DNA of 64,000 nt from Malacoraja senta (taxonomy: Eukaryota): positions 9,860,001-9,924,000 of the forward strand of contig CM075993.1 in NCBI GenBank assembly GCA_038087875.1, read 5' to 3'. The notes under the pieces are model-generated. The model did not search any database and was not told where the DNA came from. It was given only the letters and a program-made list of their open reading frames with translations. Shown piece by piece: positions 57,570 through 64,000 of this stretch (position 1 is the stretch's first letter; each line of letters starts with the position of its first letter). The position numbers and the translations under genes were made by a program.

Positions 57570-59750
57570 TCAACATACAATAAACAAAAAATCAATAAAT
57601 AACCACAGTACTCGTGCAAAAAAACCCCAATGTCCTCAGTGGAACCAAAGACCATGGTCTATAGTTCATAGTTGAGGCTAGTGTTTTGTGGTCTTCAAAA
57701 GCTTAATGGGTGTTCGGAAGTTGTTCTTGAATCTGGCGGTCGTGGGTTTCAAATGTCTGAACCCTTTTTCCGATGGTGGGAGTGAAATGAGAGCATAGTC
57801 TGGGTCTTTCATGATGTTGGCTGCCTTTTTGAAGCAGAGCCATTTATAGATCCCTGCGATGATGGGGAGGTCATTACCAATGATGGAATAGACAGTGTTC
57901 ACCACTCTCGGTAATCTTCATTCCTCAGCGTTCCGAGTCGCTGAACCAGGCTGTGACTCAACCAGTCAATACGCTCCCTACCGTACAAGTTCAAGAGAGG
58001 ATTCGTTAAAGTACCAACTCCCTTCAATCTAATAAGGAAGTAGGGGGGCGATGGTGTGGCGCAGCGGTAGAGTTGCTGCCTTACAGCGCCAGAGACCCGG
58101 GTTCAATCCCAACTACGGGTGCTGTCTGTACGGTGTTTTTACGTTTTCCCTGTGACCGCGTGGGTTTTCTCTGAGATCTTCGGTTTCATCCCACACTCCA
58201 AAGATGTACAGGTTTATAGGTTAATTGGCTTGGTATAAATGTAAATAAATTATCCCTGGTGTGTGTGGGATAGTGCTAAAGTGCAGGGGTCGCTGGTCAG
58301 TGCAGACTCAGTGGGCCGAAGGGCCTGTTTCTGCGCCGTATCTTTAAACTAAATAAAACTAAACCAGAGGCATTGATGAGCTTTTCTTTATGATTGTATC
58401 AATGTGCTGGGCCCAGGACAGATCTTCCAAGACATGCATGCCCAGAAACGAAGGCGCTGACTTTCACCACCATCAACCCATTGATGCAGACAGGTTCATG
58501 GATTGTCAGCTTCCATCTACTAAAGCCAGCAGTCAGCTCCTTGGTCTTGCTGATGTTGAGAGGAAGATTGCTGCTCTGGCACCATTCAATCAGAATTTGA
58601 ATCTCTACTAATACTCTGAGTCATCAGTACCTATTATTTGTCCAAGAACAATAGACCATGGTCTTTGGATCCACTGAGGACGTTGTGGTTTTTTTGCACT
58701 AGTGCTGTGGTTATTTATTGATTTTTTGTTTATTATATGTTGAATTACACAATGTGCTCGAGTCACTCAGTGGGTCAGGCAGCATCTCTGGAGAACATGA
58801 TAGGCAACGTTTCGGGTCGGGACCCTTCTTCAGACTCCTAAGTGAACGGACGACTATGCATTCAAAGGGGTTGAGATTGGAGTGGGTAATGGGGGTAGTT
58901 GGAAGTTGGCATTATTCGTCCAACAACATTTGTCATATGTACTGAAAACACAGCAATGAAATTCTTACTTGCAACAGCATAAAATGTCTGTAATGATGGT
59001 GCTAGCTTAAGGTTTGGCCTGGCCTCTTCTCCCCCTCCAATTTCTTCTGCTATTATACATTACTTTTGTTATTTGTCAGTCCTCTGACACTCTCCTGTAT
59101 CGTTGGCTTAAAGATGGTGTTGGAACTGTGTCTGGCTGCACCGTCATGGGTATAGAGTGCGTAAGACCAGGAGTCTGAATGAGCACACAGCCCTGAGCTC
59201 CTGCAGTGCTGATGGCTGTTTTGGAAGCAATCTGTAGTGACTGTGGTCTGCCAATATGGAAGTATAAGATGCAGTTGCATAGGGATGAACAGAAACACAT
59301 TTTCTTGAGTTTGACAACATTTGGAGTGAAACACATTTTAACTTCAAAAAATCATACAAGAGTCAAGAGTGTTAAATTGTCATATGTACCGTAAACACAG
59401 CAAGATTCTTACTTGCAGCAGCATAAAATGTCCGTAAACACAGTACTCATAGATAACATAATACACAAAAAAAGTTCAATAAATTAAAAAAAGACAACAT
59501 TAGAGCTAAAAAGGCCAAAGTTTCTAGTGAATCCAAGACAGTTCCTAATTTGTATTTTAGTTGATGTTTATTGTGTTCAAGAGGCCGATGCTTGTTCTGT
59601 TCCTGAACCCAGAGGTCATGGTTTTCAGACTCCTATACCTTCTTCCCAATGGTAGGAGTGAAATGAGAACATGGCCAGGGTGGTCTGGGTCCTGGATGCT
59701 GTCTGCCTTTTTGAGGCTGTGACTCCTGTAGATCCCTTCAATGGTGGTCA
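57570..59750 (-). mobile_element. Cluster of rearranged Rex1/Babar fragments
   Basis: KKAANIMKDP..LISLPPS (57678..57905), AQGCVL...LYTHD..ARHSSNTIFK (about 59100-59210), QDPDHPGHVLISLLPLGRRYRSLK (59557..59829). Confidence 0.7.
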
Positions 59751-59968
59751 TACAAGTCTTTATAAATAAACATCTGTAAAAGCCAACTATATTTTCTCCT
59801 AATTGTTTTTTTTTAATCTTCCCCAGCACGGGTTAATCTATGAGACCTGGGTGTGTCAGGCTGCCTCTTGTTGAACAAGGCAGGCGTTTGGCCCACCAGA
59901 GAATCAATGCTTTTGGGGAACGAGCAGGAAGGTGGAGTTGAGATGAACAATCAGATCAGCGATGAATG

Positions 59969-62635
59969 ATAATAATAATAATAATAGATTTTATTTATAT
60001 AGCGCTTTTCAGGACTCAAAGTCGCTTTACATTGAGAGTCAGGAATAAACAAAACAAAATAGAGCAGTAAGACAAAGGGGAGGGGAACATGGGACTAAGG
60101 GTATGCAGAGGTGAAGAGATGGGTCTTGAGGCGAGACTGGAAGATGGTGAGGGACTCAGAATTTCTGACCGGTTGTGGGAGGGAATTCCAGAGCCTGGGA
60201 GCTGCCCTGGAGAAGGCTCTGCCTCCAAAAGTGCAGACGTTTGCTTTCGGAGTGGAGAGGAGACCAGCTGATGTGGATCTGAGGGACCGTGAGGGTTGGT
60301 TGGGGGAGAGGAGGTCAATGAGATAAGGGGGGGGCAGGTTGTTGAGGGCTTTGTAGGTGAGGACCAGGATTTTGTAGGTGATCCGGTGGGAAATGGGAAG
60401 CCAGTGAAGTTCTTTGAGAACTGGGGTGATGTGGTGCCAGGATTTGGTGTGGGTAATGAGTCGAGCGGCTGCATTTTGAACCAGTTGGAGTCGGTTGATG
60501 CTGCTGGAATTGATTCCGAAAAGAAGAGAGTTACAGTAGTCCAGTCGGGAGATGAAGGCATGGATGAGTCTTTCAGCAGCGGGGGGTGTGAGAGAGGATC
60601 TGATCTTTGCAATGTTGCGGAGGTGAAAAAATGATGTTTTGACAACATGGCGGATGTGAGGCTCAAGGGAGAGGGTTCAATCAAAGATCACACCAAGGTT
60701 GCGGGCCTGAGAAGATGGGGAGACAGTGGTGCCGTCAATAGTGAGAGTGGGGTTGTTAATTTTAGTGAGTGTTGATTTGGAGCCAATGAGGAGAAATTCT
60801 GTTTTGCTACTGTTTAATTTAAGGAAGTTGAGTTGCATCCAAGATTTGATGGCTGATAGGCAGGAGTTGATATGGGAGAGAGGGGGGGTGGTGGGGGGAC
60901 TTGGTGCTGAGATAGATCTGGGTGTCATCAGCATAGCAGTGGAAGTCCAGGTTGAAGTGACGGAGTATATGACCAAGGGGGAGGATGTAGATGATGAAGA
61001 GGAGGGGACCAAGAACGGAGCCTTGGGGAACGCCTTGAGTGACAGTGGCTGTGGCAGAGGTGTGGTTGTGGAGAGAGATGAAGTGGGATCGGTTGGAAAG
61101 GTAGGAACGGAGCCAGCTGAGTGCAGAACCTTCAATGCCAAGGTCCCTAAGTCTGGTGAGCAGGATGTTGTGGTTGACGGTATCGAAGGCTGCACTCAGG
61201 TCGAGGAGGATGAGGATATTGAGGGAGCCAGTGTCAGCAGAGGTAAGGAGGTCATTGAGGACTTTGAGGAGAGCAGTTTCTGTGCTATGGAGGGGGCGAA
61301 AGCCAGATTGGAGGGGTTCGAATAGGTTATATGCGAGGAGGTGGGAATGAAGTTGTGACGCGACGATACGCTCCAGGGTTTTTGAAAGAAAGGGGAGGTT
61401 TGAGATAGGGCGGTAGTTAATGAGAGAGGAGGGATCAAGACCAGGTTTCTTTAAGATTGGTGTGACAGCAGCAGTTTTGAAAGCAGAGGGGACAATTCCT
61501 TGGGACAATGAGGAGTTGAAAAGATTAGTGAGGTAGGGGCAGAGAGCAGGGAGGCAGGACTTCAGCAGGGGAGTGGGGAGAGGGTCAATGGAGCAGGTAG
61601 TGGGTTTGGAAGAGCTGATGAGTTTGGAGATTTCAGTAGGGGTGACCGGGTCAAACTGGGAGAGGAAGCAGTGAGGGGGAGGGGTATGGAGATCAGCGGA
61701 GATGTTGAAAGGAGGGGCCTTGGTAGGTGGTGGAGTAGATGCTGGGGAGTCGGGTACAGGGGATAGGGATTGATAGATGGTGCTGATTTTATCAGCAAAA
61801 AAGTGGAGGAATGAGTTGCAGAGGTCCGGAGTGGAGGTAGGGAGAGTGTTGGCTCGAGGCTTGAGGAGATTGCACACTGTGGAGAAGAGGGTTCTGTGGT
61901 TTAGGCAGGGGTCGGTGAATATGGAGGAGAGGTATGCAGATTTAGCAGCAATGAGGGCATCTTTATAGGCAGTGAGGTGGAGTTTGTAAGCTTCATGGTG
62001 GACTGTGAGAGGTGATTTCTTTATGAGTCGTTCAATTCGGCGACCAATCTGTTTCAGCTTACGAAGTGCAGGTGTGTACCAGGGTGAAGATTTATTAAAA
62101 GTTACGGTTCTTGTTTTGAGGGGAGCCAGAGTATTAAGGGAGGTAGACAAGGTGGAATTGAGATGGTTTGTGAGATCATCAGGTGAGATGTGGGTTGAGT
62201 CCAGGGGGAGAGTGGTGGAGAGCAGGTCAGAGAGATGGTGAGGGTCGATGGATTTTAGATTACAGAAGGTGATTACTCGGAGGAAGTGGGGGCGAGGTAT
62301 CGGAGAAGGGATGGTGAACCGTATGAGCTTATGATCAGAGAGGGGGAAGAGGCATGGATGGAGGTCGAGTACCGGTTGATTTGTGGAGCAGACCAGGTCA
62401 AGGATGTGACCTTTATCATGAGTGGGAAAAGTGACGTGCTGAGTGAAAGAGAAGTTGTCAAGTAGAAAAGAGAATTCAGATGCGAACTTACAGGTGGGGG
62501 AGTTCATGTGAATGTTTAAGTCACCAAGTAGCAGCAGACGTGGGGAGAGAGATGAGACAAGTGTGAGGAGTTCAGTGAAGTCAGATAGGAAGGAGGGGTT
62601 TGGTTTAGGAGGCCGGTAAATGAGGATGACTGTCA
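59969..62635 (-). mobile_element. L2 LINE, 5'-truncated within EN, ORF2 nearly intact
   Basis: 613-aa ORF with [36 protein letters not shown]; frameshift at a G-run near 60890; stop at 60677-60679; (ATT)n tail. Confidence 0.95.
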
Positions 62636-63365
62636 TCGTGGTGGTGACAGTCATCCTCATGATGGTGGTGCTGGCTTAAGGGCCGGCCTGGCCTCTTCCT
62701 CCCCCTCCAATTTCTTCTGCTGCTATACATTACTTTTGTTAGTTCCCTGTCTTCTGACGCTCTCCTGAACCAAGGGATGATTGGAAGCTTGGGATGGGAA
62801 AACTTGATTTGAAGCATTGCCTTTCTCGTGCATACGGACAAACACAAATGCGGATGAATTAGTAACAGGAGGGGACCATTTGGCCTCTAGAGCCTGTTCT
62901 TCTGTTCAATGAGAGTGTTGCTGATGTGACTGTAGCCTCCGCTCCCTGTTTACCTGTTTATCTGTGTAGGAAGGAATCTGGTTTACACCGAAGATAGACA
63001 TAAAGTGCTGGAGTAACTCAACGGGTCATGCAGCATCTCTGGAGAAAAAGGATGGCCGATGTTTCGGGTCAGAAGCTTTCTTCAGACTGCACCTATTTTC
63101 TATGTATCTATGTAAGTGGGGGAGGGAGGGGGGGGGGGAGAACTGCAGGTAGGAAAAGGCCCTACTTATCTCTTGCTTCTCTCTGTGCTTATCTGCTTAT
63201 TATTCTTCTGACTTAAAAATCTCCCGTCTCTGCTTCCACCGCTCTTAAGAAACATTGAAATTCAAGTAAATATTTATAAATAATTGGTTAAGAAGGAACT
63301 GCAGATGCTGGAAAAATCAAAGGTAGATAAAAGTGCTGGAGAAACTCAGTGGGTGAGGCAGCATC

Positions 63366-63875
63366 CTGACGGGCACCCGAAAAAGGGACCACATCACCCC
63401 GATCCTGGCCTCTCTCCACTGGCTCCCTGTGCGGTTCCGTATAAACTTCAAGATCCTCCTCCATGTCTACAAAGCCCTCAATGGGCTTGCCCCCACCTAC
63501 ATAAAAAGTCTTCTCACCCACCACTCCACCTCCAGGCCCCTCAGATCGGCCGACTTGGGGTTGCTGAATATCCCGCGGTCTAGGCATAAGCTCAGGGGCG
63601 ACCGCGCCTTTGCGGTTGCAGCCCCTAGACTGTGGAACAGCATCCCCTTTCCCATCAGAACTGACCCCTCCATCGACTCTTTTAAGTCAAGACTAAAAAC
63701 TTATCTATACTCCCAAGCCTTTCCTGACGTTCTCTGAGTGAGGGCTACATGTATATATGTATGTAGTTTGTTTTTGTTTTATGCTATTCTTATAACAAAT
63801 GTAAAGCACTTTGGCCAACGAGAGTTGTTTTTTAAATGTGCTATATAAATAAATGTGACTTCACTTGACTTGACT
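63366..63875 (+). mobile_element. L2 3' fragment inserted into a Penelope-derived tail
   Basis: DHITPILASLHWLPVRFRINFKILL...GDRAFAVAAPRLWN; (TGACT)n tail; the host tail resumes at about 63875. Confidence 0.9.
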
Positions 63876-64000
63876 ATGGAGCGAAGGAAATAGGCAACGT
63901 TTCGGGCCGAAACCTTTCTTCAGACTGAAATGTAACATTCTCTCTCACAGCCAAACTTCTCCACCGGAATAAATATGGCACGGGTTCATGTGGCAGTTCA

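Noticed and set aside
60726..61325. 199-aa + strand ORF and similar antisense ORFs over LINEs
   Set aside because: Shadow frames opposite RT coding sequence.
63983..64000. GGTTCA-tgtggc-AGTTCA as a RARE
   Set aside because: The spacer is 6 nt, not a canonical RAR/RXR spacing, and the site is at the window edge.

Overview
Vertebrate genomic DNA, almost certainly from a cartilaginous fish (skate/ray-like, judged from HE1-type V-SINEs and CR1/HER1-type LINEs). It holds one clear host gene: a complete four-exon cellular retinoic acid-binding protein gene on the minus strand (CDS join 41603-41534, 38614-38436, 29386-29273, 24096-24046; 137 aa; CRABP1-type length and diagnostic residues but notably diverged), with a TATA-like box and an AATAAA signal. 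The rest is mostly nested transposable elements: many CR1 LINEs, L2, L1/Tx1, Rex1/Babar, Penelope-like fragments, V-SINEs and one complete-ended IR/DR Tc1 transposon. No TE ORF is intact. Most interesting observations: (1) many short Penelope-derived insertions are fold-back palindromes with 10-14 bp TSDs, with their inversion point at or beside a minimal hammerhead-ribozyme motif; (2) a perfect DR5 plus a three-half-site DR8 retinoic-acid-response-element cluster sits in unique DNA about 20 kb 3' of the gene; (3) two young inverted CR1 copies flank the symmetric exon 3; (4) the Tc1 is a candidate for horizontal transfer; (5) several local inverted and direct duplications and a snap-back hairpin at an L2 5' junction. 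All family assignments come from motif recognition by eye, not database searches.
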